In this document: positions 47,922 through 55,502 of the stretch, piece by piece
Layout of the letters: each line of letters opens with the position of its first letter
Numbering within the stretch: position 1 is the stretch's first letter
Origin: an uncultured Thermococci archaeon
GTDB taxonomy: Archaea > CAYQAE01 > CAYVLA01
DNA length: 55,502 bases
NCBI GenBank assembly: GCA_964549615.1
Contig: CAZJVP010000052.1
Location: 1 to 55,502, forward strand
Direction: 5' to 3'
Made by a program: the position numbers and the translations under genes
The notes under the pieces: generated by a model
The model's database searches: none
The model's input: the letters and a program-made list of their open reading frames with translations, nothing else
Told to the model about the DNA's origin: nothing

Positions 47922-48576
47922 AGAGCTCCTCTATCTTCCCCATCTCTATGCCCGTCGTTGGCGTTCCGGCGACCACGCCTTCAGAGTTCGCCAAGATGCA
48001 TGCCCCGACGTAACTAACTCCGAAGTTTGCGGTGCCTCTCTCCACCCTAACATCGAGCGTCTCCTTGATTAGTTTGACCTCTTTGTCGCTGGCGTTCGGC
48101 GAAAGTAGCGCCGCCGAATTCGTTGCCCGGCACAGCGAGCCCACAAGGTTGAGGTTGTTGATGGTACCTCTCCTCACACGGACGCCGAGGGCCGCTTCTA
48201 TCTCGTCGATCTCCTGTTTGCTGTAGGCTTTGGCCACGACGGCGCCGTTGTCGTTTGCCACGATCAGGTTCCCGAGCGCGTTGTGCCTAGTTTCAAGGAT
48301 TGAGACCCTGCCCTTCACGGCCCTGCTGATGGTTTTGATCTCGGCCTCGGTGACGTCGGGGGGCAATAGGACGCCTTGGGAGTTTGCCACCATTAGCGTC
48401 CCTATGAGCTCGGTGCCCGCGATGGTCGTATAGACGGGTTGGGCGCCCAAGGCCTCCGCCATCTGTTCCACAGCTTTTTTGTGCGCGCCAATTGGGGCAA
48501 ATAGATGTGACTGACTCGCGCACGCAAATATCCCCAAGTAGGGGTTACCGTTCAGGTGAGCTCTCATGAAGTGCAT
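47902..48576 (-). CDS. eif6: Translation initiation factor 6
   Basis: GNPYLGIF, TIAG..LIG.L..ANS.G, NALGNLI.AND.GA, GTANFG and TTGIE. Confidence 0.95.
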   Translation of the reverse strand: MHFMRAHLNGNPYLGIFACASQSHLFAPIGAHKKAVEQMAEALGAQPVYTTIAGTELIGTLMVANSQGVLLPPDVTEAEIKTISRAVKGRVSILETRHNALGNLIVANDNGAVVAKAYSKQEIDEIEAALGVRVRRGTINNLNLVGSLCRATNSAALLSPNASDKEVKLIKETLDVRVERGTANFGVSYVGACILANSEGVVAGTPTTGIEMGKIEELFEGETG

Positions 48577-48584
48577 CCGAGACC

Positions 48585-48857
48585 CTATTCCGCCAGAGAA
48601 ACCCTGAAGACGGTTTCTTTCTCTTCCTCCCCCTCGACCTCTTCCTCGGTGACCTTGATCCGAATCCTGGGAGGGATGTGCTGTATTCCCCCTGCCCAGA
48701 TCCTCTTGTTCACGGATTCGTCTATCGTGAACGAATCGGTCTTGAGATGCCGCCTGAGGAATGCACGAACCTCCCTGACCGCGCAGGGAGCCCTCTGAGA
48801 GCGCGACTTCCGCTTCACCTTTCTCAGCGGCACAACGTAGATCCTTTCCTCAGGCAA
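48585..48857 (-). CDS. rpl31e: 50S ribosomal protein L31e
   Basis: ERIYVVPLR, RAP.AVREVR.FL.RH and VNKRIW.GGI..IPPRIR. Confidence 0.95.
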   Translation of the reverse strand: MPEERIYVVPLRKVKRKSRSQRAPCAVREVRAFLRRHLKTDSFTIDESVNKRIWAGGIQHIPPRIRIKVTEEEVEGEEEKETVFRVSLAE

Positions 48858-48872
48858 TCACGGTCCCTCCCG

Positions 48873-49028
48873 TCACACCTTGAGCTTTGTCCTTCTCCAG
48901 ACGCGCATCTTTGGGTGCCTCCTAACATGCCTTGAGGTCCTGACGATGACCCAGATGGGCACCCTTCTGGTCCACCGGTTTGCCTTGGCCAGCCTCGTCT
49001 TCTTTGCCCGGGATCTATGCCTTGACAA
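48873..49028 (-). CDS. rpl39e: 50S ribosomal protein L39e (51 aa; absent from the ORF track)
   Basis: Translated by hand as [51 protein letters not shown] (TTG start). Confidence 0.95.
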   Translation of the reverse strand: MSRHRSRAKKTRLAKANRWTRRVPIWVIVRTSRHVRRHPKMRVWRRTKLKV

Positions 49029-49037
49029 GTGATCATC

Positions 49038-49364
49038 TCACAGTCTTCTGATCGTCGTCGTGCGCGACCTAGATTGTGCAAGCTTTCTGAGTATCTCCTT
49101 CAATTGCGCATCCGTGACCTTTCCCGCCAGCTTACCCGACTGCGCAAGGGCAATAAGCTGTGCTTCAATGGTGGACGCGTACTCCGGCCGAGAGAGCCTG
49201 AGATTGGTGAGGCGGCTTCTTGCTTCTGGCGTGAGTATGGAACGAAGGATTAGCTGCTTCTGTATCTGCGCGCTCTCCTCCGCCGTCTGCTTGGACCTCT
49301 CCTCCTCCAATCGCCTCTGGAGTTCGGCCAGCTTCTTCTGCCTTATCTCCTCGATGTCCTCCAT
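49038..49364 (-). CDS. PDCD5-like DNA-binding protein
   Basis: IEEIRQKKLAELQ, ILTPEARSRL.NL.L..PE and QLI.LAQSG; usual position after rps19e. Confidence 0.92.
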   Translation of the reverse strand: MEDIEEIRQKKLAELQRRLEEERSKQTAEESAQIQKQLILRSILTPEARSRLTNLRLSRPEYASTIEAQLIALAQSGKLAGKVTDAQLKEILRKLAQSRSRTTTIRRL

Positions 49365-49369
49365 TCCGC

Positions 49370-49789
49370 TCACCCGGCGGAAAGCGCCTCGGCGCACTTA
49401 TCTAAAAGCGACCTGCCCTTCGGGCTGAGCGTTCTGCCATGCTTCTCGGTCCTCTCGACGAGACCCGCTGCCTCAAGCTGCTGGCAGATCTTGCGCTGGA
49501 TGCTGCCGCTGCCCTTGACGAAGTGCGGGGGCTTGGTTCCCACGTCCTTCCTCCCTCCGTACTTCGTTCTCAGCCTCTCCACGCCCACGGGGCCGTCCTT
49601 GTACAGGGTGCGAAGTATGGCAGCCGCCCTGACGTGCCACCAGTCGGGATCCTGCGGAGGCCGCTCCTTGTGCACGCCGGTCTTGACGAAGGCAGCCCAC
49701 CTAGGCGGGGCTAGCTCCGGGTAGCTCTTCAGCTTGTCCGAAAGGAGCCTTATGAAAGCATCGGGTTTCACGTCGAAAACAGTGGTCAA
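49370..49789 (-). CDS. rps19e: 30S ribosomal protein S19e
   Basis: MTTVFDV (TTG 49789), WA.FVKTGVHKERPP..DWW..RAA.ILR, YGG and GSGSI.R...QQLE. Confidence 0.96.
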   Translation of the reverse strand: MTTVFDVKPDAFIRLLSDKLKSYPELAPPRWAAFVKTGVHKERPPQDPDWWHVRAAAILRTLYKDGPVGVERLRTKYGGRKDVGTKPPHFVKGSGSIQRKICQQLEAAGLVERTEKHGRTLSPKGRSLLDKCAEALSAG

Positions 49790-49846
49790 CCAGACCACCT
49801 TGAGCAGGCGCGACCCCTCGAGGGTGCTCAACGGATCGAGGGCCGG

Positions 49847-50134
49847 CTAATCTTTATATATCTTTCCTGACGGCGCCGCACGGGGCCTGAAGAGGGTAAT
49901 GGTGTTTCCTCTCGCTTCGATAAGGTCAGAATGAGTCTCTTTTGACAATTTGGATATCATTTGGTCTCTTTCTGCAAGACGATTGCGTCCGAGGAATCTC
50001 ACCTTGACGAGTTCTCTAGCCTCCAGGAGCCGGTCCAATTCGCCGATGACGCCCTCACTAACCTGGGACTTGCCAACGAGAAGACTTGCCTTGGTCATCG
50101 ACGCCCTTCTCTTCAAATCCGCATTCGACGTCAT
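49847..50134 (-). CDS. yhbY: YhbY/CRM-domain RNA-binding protein
   Basis: VGKS.V..GVI.E....L...ELVKVRF and RGNTI.LFR; conserved position upstream of rps19e. Confidence 0.88.
   Translation of the reverse strand: MTSNADLKRRASMTKASLLVGKSQVSEGVIGELDRLLEARELVKVRFLGRNRLAERDQMISKLSKETHSDLIEARGNTITLFRPRAAPSGKIYKD
49850..49867 (-). promoter_or_regulatory. BRE-TATA promoter for the rps19e cluster, embedded in the last codons of yhbY
   Basis: GGAAAGA-TATATAAA on the minus strand, about 60 nt upstream of the rps19e start. Confidence 0.6.
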
Positions 50135-50143
50135 CCGGATCCC

Positions 50144-50950
50144 CTAGATCAGGGCCCCCTCGAGCGCGCGCCCGCACGCACATGGCCTTTTCTCAGAGAT
50201 CTTCGGGATCACGTCGGCGAGGAGCTTCCTAACCTTGTCGACGTTCGCCTTCATCGTACGGATGACCTCCTGGTTATCGACGACCCGGCCGGTCATCCAG
50301 CAGTCATAGTCGGTCACCATGGCTATCGTCGCATAACAGATCTGGGCTTCACGCGCCAACACGCACTCAGGATACATGGTCATTCCGACCACCGATGCTC
50401 CCCAGGACCTGAAGAGGTTGGACTCGGCCCTCGTGGAGAATCTTGGGCCTTGTATGCACACGTAGACGCCGTCCGGGTGGAAGGGGAGTCCGAGCGCCTT
50501 CGCTCTCTCTCCCAGCAGCCTGTGCAGATCGGGACAAACCGGGTCCGCCGTGGACACGTGGCAGACCGGTCCGCCGTCGTAGAAGGTATCTCTCCTTCCC
50601 CTCGTCCGGTCTATGAACTGGTCAACGAACACCAGTTCGCCCGGGGCATACCTCTCCTGCAGGCTTCCAACGGCCGCAGGCGCAAGAATCGCCTTAACGC
50701 CGAGTTCCCGCAGCGCCCATATGTTTGCGCGGTAGTTTATCGCGTGGGGCGGGATTCGGTGGTTTCGCCCGTGCCTTGGTATGAATGCGACCCGCCGCCC
50801 GCCTAGCTCGCCCGTCTGGATCAGATCCGATGTTTCCCCGTAGGGCGTATAGATCTTGTGCTCCGATACGTCTTTGAACAGCTTCGGATCGTAGACGCCG
50901 GTCCCGCCGATGATGCCGATCGTGGCCGAGGGAACGTTCGTATGTACCAC
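50144..50950 (-). CDS. mtnP: S-methyl-5'-thioadenosine phosphorylase
   Basis: IGIIGGTG, TPYG, RHG..H.IPPH.INYRANIWAL, GPRFSTRAES, VGMT..PE and VTDYD. The likely start is GTG 50950. Confidence 0.93.
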   Translation of the reverse strand: MVHTNVPSATIGIIGGTGVYDPKLFKDVSEHKIYTPYGETSDLIQTGELGGRRVAFIPRHGRNHRIPPHAINYRANIWALRELGVKAILAPAAVGSLQERYAPGELVFVDQFIDRTRGRRDTFYDGGPVCHVSTADPVCPDLHRLLGERAKALGLPFHPDGVYVCIQGPRFSTRAESNLFRSWGASVVGMTMYPECVLAREAQICYATIAMVTDYDCWMTGRVVDNQEVIRTMKANVDKVRKLLADVIPKISEKRPCACGRALEGALI

Positions 50951-51002
50951 CGCCCGTGACCCCGTCTCAAGATCTGATATAGCTTTTCCGCCCCTGAATG
51001 CC

Positions 51003-52031
51003 TCAGTCCTGCGGGATCGTGACGAACATGCCCGTCCTTGAGGACTCAAGCAAGCTGCAGATGGTGCGGGTTGCCCAGATGCCATCCTCGGCGGTCACCA
51101 ACGGGGTCTTGCCCTCGAGCGCGCAGTCAACGAAGTGCCAAAGGCTGGCCAGCCCGAAGCCCATCCGCCTTCCGTGCATGTCAAGCGAGAACAAGAGGTC
51201 AGGATTCTCCCGCTTGAGCTTTGAGTACTTCTCGGCCATGTTGCTGTGGCTAGCGTTGACCGTGTAGCTTCCCTCCGATCCCACGAACTCGAGCTGGAAG
51301 TCGTAGACGGCAGGATGCGTCTCGGGCAGAATCCAGCAGTTCTCTAGGGACGCAACCGACCCGGACCGGAACTCAATCAGGCTTTGGTAGAAGTCCGGCG
51401 TTTGGATCCCCATGCCGCTGAGCACGCCCGATCCGCAGACCGAGAAAGCCCGCCTCGGATCGCTTCCGAGCAGCCATCTGCAAAGATCCACCAAATGGCT
51501 ACCGAGGAACCAGAGGACGTTGGAGCGGGCAGACCAGCCCAGCATCCTGGTGGGCACGAATATCGTGTCGTTGAGCCTTGCTTGCACGAATGCCGGAGAT
51601 CCCAGCTCGCCTGAATCGATGCTACGCTTCAGCGCCATGAGGGGCGGCGACCACCTGTTGTGGAAGTCGACCATCAGCATGGATCCTGACTTTCTGGCAG
51701 CATCCGCGATCGCCTTGGCATCCTCGACCGTGGTTGCCATCGGCTTCTCGACGAGGACGTCTAGCCCCGCCTCCATAGCGAGGATGGCGGGCTCCCTGTG
51801 CAGGAAGTCGGGCGTCGCGACCGAAACGGCGTCAAGATTGGCCTTCGAGATCATCTGAGCATAGTCCGGGTAGAAAGCGCACCGAAGCCTTTGGGCCAGT
51901 TCAGTGCCTTTCTTGACATCTACGTCGCATATCGCGACCAACCTCGATCTGTCATAGGCCCGGTAAGCCTCAGCATGGGTGGTCCCGAAGGTGCCGACCC
52001 CAATGACGCCGACTCTCAGCCGCCTTGCCAG
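51003..52031 (-). CDS. Gfo/Idh/MocA family oxidoreductase (probable CTG start)
   Basis: VATPDFLH, VLVEKP, DFHNRW and LGSHLVD. The Rossmann motif VGVIGVGTFG lies in frame upstream of the listed TTG 51941 and needs a start at CTG 52031. Confidence 0.88.
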   Translation of the reverse strand: MARRLRVGVIGVGTFGTTHAEAYRAYDRSRLVAICDVDVKKGTELAQRLRCAFYPDYAQMISKANLDAVSVATPDFLHREPAILAMEAGLDVLVEKPMATTVEDAKAIADAARKSGSMLMVDFHNRWSPPLMALKRSIDSGELGSPAFVQARLNDTIFVPTRMLGWSARSNVLWFLGSHLVDLCRWLLGSDPRRAFSVCGSGVLSGMGIQTPDFYQSLIEFRSGSVASLENCWILPETHPAVYDFQLEFVGSEGSYTVNASHSNMAEKYSKLKRENPDLLFSLDMHGRRMGFGLASLWHFVDCALEGKTPLVTAEDGIWATRTICSLLESSRTGMFVTIPQD

Positions 52032-52047
52032 CTTGGACCACCTTGTT

Positions 52048-53409
52048 CTAAGCAGCGGAAAGGGAACCTTGGAGAAGGCTCGTCGTCTCGCGGCTCAGAG
52101 ACAGGGCCTCCTTCTTCGTCTTCGCTTCGCATATCACCCTAACTATGGGCTCGGTCCCTGACTTCCTAACGTACACCCAACTCGAGTCCCTGATGACGCG
52201 GATTCCATCCGTGAGGTCGATCCTCTCACCCTTGAAGTGTTCCTTGACCAAGTCCAGCAGCTGCTTGGATCGAGACGGATCGCACGGTATGTTCTTCTTT
52301 ATCATGTAGTACCTCGGCAGCCTCTCGGCCAGAGCGCTCAGCTTACCCCCGAAGTGGCAGAGCCCCTCAAGTATGAGCGCCGTGGCCGCCGGGCCATCCC
52401 TCGCGTACTGGACGGCGGGATTTATCACCCCCCCGTTCCCCTCGCCTCCCAGGACTGCCCCGGTCTGGATCATCTTCTCAACGACGTTCACCTCTCCAAC
52501 GGCGGACCTGAGGAGCGGACAGCCTCGCCTCGTCGCGACGTCCTCCACGGCCTTGGTGGTTGCGACGTTGGTCACGACGGGCCCTGGCCTGTGCTCCAGG
52601 ACGAACTCCGCCGCAAGGACCACGGAGTACTCCTCTCCCAGGGCGATCCCCTTTTCGGTCACCACCGATATGCGGTCCCCGTCAGGGTCGGTGGCGAATC
52701 CCAGATCAGCCCCGGTCTCGACCACCTTTCTGCAGAGATCCTTGAGGCTGCCCGCGGTTGGCTCCGGCCCTCTCGGGAACGTCCCATTCATTTCGCAGTT
52801 GAGCGGTATTGTCTCGCATCCGAGTCTGTTCAGCAGGATCTTCATGATCTCGGATGGAGCACTATTGCAGCAGTCCACCACCACTGCGGGCGCCGTGCTT
52901 GATATCGCTTCCACATCGATCGTCCGAAGAATGTGCTCTACGTGCTCACTGGCTGCACCCGAGTGGGTGAGCACCTCGCCAAGCCTTTCCCACGGAAGGT
53001 AACGGATGCTCTTGCTTCTGTAGATGTGGACGAGCTTGCTGCTCTGTTCCTTGTTGAGGAACACGCCGGAGGGCCCTATGAATTTCATGGCGTTCCAGTT
53101 GATCGGGTTGTGCGAGGCTGTGATCGCCACGCCGCCGCTGGCGTTGTGCCGCTTCACGTTGAATTGGATGGTCGGCGTCGTCACGATCCCGAGGTCGATC
53201 ACACGGCATCCGACCGCCGTCAGACCAGCCGTCACCGCCTCCCTCATCATCAGGCCCGATCGACGGGCGTCCCTCCCGATCACGACGGTCCCGCCCTTGC
53301 AGTAGGTGCCGAAGGCCGCCGAAAACCTTGCGACAACGTCCGGTGTGAGCGTGTCGCCGATAACTCCCCGCACGCCGGATACGCCAATCATCAGGGAAGT
53401 CACGAGCAA
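52048..53409 (-). CDS. Phosphoglucomutase/phosphomannomutase/phosphoglucosamine mutase
   Basis: SGVRG, GRDAR, ITASHNP (phospho-Ser), DPDGDR, GEGNGG and RKSGTEP. Confidence 0.93.
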   Translation of the reverse strand: MLVTSLMIGVSGVRGVIGDTLTPDVVARFSAAFGTYCKGGTVVIGRDARRSGLMMREAVTAGLTAVGCRVIDLGIVTTPTIQFNVKRHNASGGVAITASHNPINWNAMKFIGPSGVFLNKEQSSKLVHIYRSKSIRYLPWERLGEVLTHSGAASEHVEHILRTIDVEAISSTAPAVVVDCCNSAPSEIMKILLNRLGCETIPLNCEMNGTFPRGPEPTAGSLKDLCRKVVETGADLGFATDPDGDRISVVTEKGIALGEEYSVVLAAEFVLEHRPGPVVTNVATTKAVEDVATRRGCPLLRSAVGEVNVVEKMIQTGAVLGGEGNGGVINPAVQYARDGPAATALILEGLCHFGGKLSALAERLPRYYMIKKNIPCDPSRSKQLLDLVKEHFKGERIDLTDGIRVIRDSSWVYVRKSGTEPIVRVICEAKTKKEALSLSRETTSLLQGSLSAA

Positions 53410-53519
53410 TCCACCGGATCATTGCCTGTTGATCCGTATGCTTTTTCTGGACTGAAAAAGGTAACCCGGTACCGCGTCCGAAAGGCTTCTGATTGCGCAG
53501 GACGGTCACCACCGCTTGC

Positions 53520-54194
53520 TTATCGCATTCCTAGCACGGAGGGAAGCTCCAGCAGTGACCGAACGACCGCCTGTGCGCCCCGACCCAAAAGCTCCTCCTC
53601 GGATGGGGTGGGTAGTCGTTCCGTGAATCTCAGAACCGCTATTCCCTTAAAGCCGGCCGCCAGGGCCGTCTCCATGTCGGTGGGGTCGTCTCCCACGTAG
53701 AACGCATCCCGGCAGCCGAGCTCCTGGCCGCAACCGAGAAGCCTGTCCGGCGCGGGCTTGCATCTCCCCGGGCTTTCCCTACCCCAGACTGCCTCGAGGA
53801 ACCTACCGATGCGAAGCCTGCGCGCCGTTGCGCGTATGACCCGGACCGAGTTTGAGCTCACTACGCCGATCCTGAACTCGTTCTCCGAAAGCTCCGACAA
53901 CACCTGCCTTGCCCCTTGGAGAAGGGTTGCCCTCTTGAGGGCCTCGAACTCGCCTGCGGCCATGGACTGGTCCAGAAGCCGCTTGATGCGTTCCCTATCG
54001 GGGTCGCCCGCCAAATCCCGGTCGACGATCCTTCGATAGGCCGCGAAGGAGCTCTCGTTGCTTCGAACGAGGCCCTCGAGACCTAGGGCCTCGCAGGCGT
54101 GGAGCAGGTGGCGCATCATCACCTGCCTGTCGAGCTTCAAATCTGCAAGCGTAAGGTCGTAATCGAAAATTGCACATCTGGGCCCCATTGCCAT
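53520..54194 (-). CDS. HAD-superfamily hydrolase
   Basis: FDYDLTL, VSSN, KPAPD and YVGDDPTD. Confidence 0.85.
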   Translation of the reverse strand: MAMGPRCAIFDYDLTLADLKLDRQVMMRHLLHACEALGLEGLVRSNESSFAAYRRIVDRDLAGDPDRERIKRLLDQSMAAGEFEALKRATLLQGARQVLSELSENEFRIGVVSSNSVRVIRATARRLRIGRFLEAVWGRESPGRCKPAPDRLLGCGQELGCRDAFYVGDDPTDMETALAAGFKGIAVLRFTERLPTPSEEELLGRGAQAVVRSLLELPSVLGMR

Positions 54195-54485
54195 GCGGAG
54201 GCCTTCACGGGAGCCAATAAAATGGATCACCCTTTTGGCATCTGGCCCCGCCTAGGTTCGCGACCGACGTCTCCACAATCGACCTCGTGCGGCGGAATCC
54301 GGTTTGCCCGGAATTCCGGGACTTCGAGCCGAGAAGGTCGCACCTAAGATATTTTAGTCCGAGCGATCAGCTTGGTTTCAGATCAGACTCACGATTTGGC
54401 TCCAATCGTTGCAAAGGTCGTCGCGTGAGCAGAGGCTTGAGTCGTAAGGAGACCGAAATGGTGAGTTCTTAAACTGTGATGACCA

Positions 54486-54917
54486 TTGACCTCCAAAGAG
54501 ATAGTCTCGGCCGGGGGAGTTGTCTACCGGACGATGGGCGATAACGTGTTCTTCGTGCTGGTCGGGCGAAGACGGGGGAACTACTGGTGCCTGCCCAAGG
54601 GTAGGGTTGAGGAGAATGAGACCGAGGTGGAAGCCGCCAAGAGAGAAGTATTCGAGGAGACCGGAATCGGCGAGGTGGAGGTCGGAGAGAAGATCGGCAC
54701 CATTTGCTATGCGTTCTACCGCAGATCCGCCGAGACGTCCTATCAGAAACTGGTCCATTTCTACCTCATGAAGGCCAAGTCGAGCAATCTAAATGTGGGG
54801 ACGGAGTTCGACCGGGCCATGTGGTTCCCAGCAAGGGATGCCCTGAACATGGTCACGCACAGGAAGGAGAAGGAGATCGTCGCGAAGGCCATGCAGATGC
54901 TTGGCCTCCCAGTCTGA
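54486..54917 (+). CDS. NUDIX hydrolase (Ap4A hydrolase-like)
   Basis: SAGGVV and the Nudix box WCLPKGRVEENETEVEAAKREVFEETG. Confidence 0.9.
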   Translation: MTSKEIVSAGGVVYRTMGDNVFFVLVGRRRGNYWCLPKGRVEENETEVEAAKREVFEETGIGEVEVGEKIGTICYAFYRRSAETSYQKLVHFYLMKAKSSNLNVGTEFDRAMWFPARDALNMVTHRKEKEIVAKAMQMLGLPV

Positions 54918-54926
54918 GGCATTGCG

Positions 54927-55307
54927 ATGCGGGCTCCCTTGGTCCTTGGAATTGGCACGGACCTGGTCGAGGTCGACCGCCTGAAGCGAGCGTGGGATCG
55001 AACCGGCGAACGTTTCCTCGAAAAGATCTTCACCCAGAAAGAATTGGCATACTGCAGGGCTTTTAGCGATCCATGGCCGCATCTTGCGGCGCGATTTGCC
55101 GCCAAGGAGAGCGTCATGAAAGCACTGGGATTCTACGTCAACCCGTTGGATATTGAGATCGTCAGATGCGGCAGCGGCGCCCCCCGCGTGGCGCTCCATG
55201 GCTCTGCGCGAGCACGCGCGCATAGGAAGGGGGTTGGCGAGCTGAAGGTCACGCTCTCCCATGCCGGCCGTTTGGCGATCGCGCAATCGATTGCGGTGGG
55301 CCGCTAG
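54927..55307 (+). CDS. acpS: Holo-[acyl-carrier-protein] synthase (AcpS-type 4'-phosphopantetheinyl transferase)
   Basis: GIGTDLVEVDR, F.EKIFT..E, LAARFAAKES.MKALG, G.P and VTLSH. Confidence 0.93.
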   Translation: MRAPLVLGIGTDLVEVDRLKRAWDRTGERFLEKIFTQKELAYCRAFSDPWPHLAARFAAKESVMKALGFYVNPLDIEIVRCGSGAPRVALHGSARARAHRKGVGELKVTLSHAGRLAIAQSIAVGR

Positions 55308-55308
55308 C

Positions 55309-55502
55309 CTACCGCCTTTTTTCCCTGAGCCCCTTCTCCTCGAGCCTTCGCTTCACGTACTCTATGGTCTTGCCAACGGTCGTGTTCTTCTCGGCGTCCT
55401 CCAAGGGAATCTCGATGTCGAACTCCTCTTCGGATGCAGCCACCAGCTCGATCGTGTCTATGCTTTCCACACCGAAATCCTCGACGAACCTTGAGTCCAT
55501 CG
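55309..55502 (-). CDS. acpP: Acyl carrier protein (5' end probably outside the window)
   Basis: [16 protein letters not shown]...[22 protein letters not shown] matches ACP helices II-IV, with the phosphopantetheine Ser retained. Helix I is missing at the window edge. Confidence 0.85.
   Translation of the reverse strand, partial: MDSRFVEDFGVESIDTIELVAASEEEFDIEIPLEDAEKNTTVGKTIEYVKRRLEEKGLREKRR

Noticed and set aside
54450-54490. Fluoride riboswitch or C/D-box sRNA (ATGGT...TAAAC...GTGATGACCAT)
   Set aside because: The P1 stem is too weak, no fluoride-related gene follows and there is no D box. GTGA is better explained as the RBS of the NUDIX gene.
757-55494. Numerous long antisense or overlapping ORFs in the track (e.g. 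12458..13411, 14762..15709, 18641..19567, 33507..34355, 49961..50806)
   Set aside because: They are shadow ORFs expected in GC-rich DNA, lying opposite well-supported genes and lacking motifs.

Overview
GC-rich archaeal chromosomal segment: archaeal proteasome, TFE, eIF6, L31e/L39e/S19e, SRP54/FtsY and BRE-TATA promoters are present. A bulge-helix-bulge tRNA intron at a non-canonical site suggests a TACK/Thermoproteota-like lineage (inference). The left third is accessory. It holds an RHH regulator, a promoter with phased 10-bp repeats, and a five-gene [NiFe]-hydrogenase operon of HydABC-SL/Hox type whose NuoF/HydB subunit is fused to a GltD/NfnB-like FAD/NADP(H) module. After it come an unlisted rubredoxin, sugar-type oxidoreductases, two ceramidase-like paralogs and a LigD ligase-polymerase. 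The rest is mostly housekeeping: gatB, trm5, thiC, argCJ, psmBA, trm56, tfe, tRNA-Arg(GCG) with a D-loop intron, ogg, glyA and the S19e-to-srp54 cluster. The window ends with bacterial-type acpS and an acyl carrier protein, which is unusual in an archaeon. Three dispersed paralogs of an uncharacterised secreted, membrane-anchored protein family occur, one of them frameshifted. No CRISPR array, rRNA or clear mobile element was seen. Products were assigned by motif recognition only; no database searches were run.
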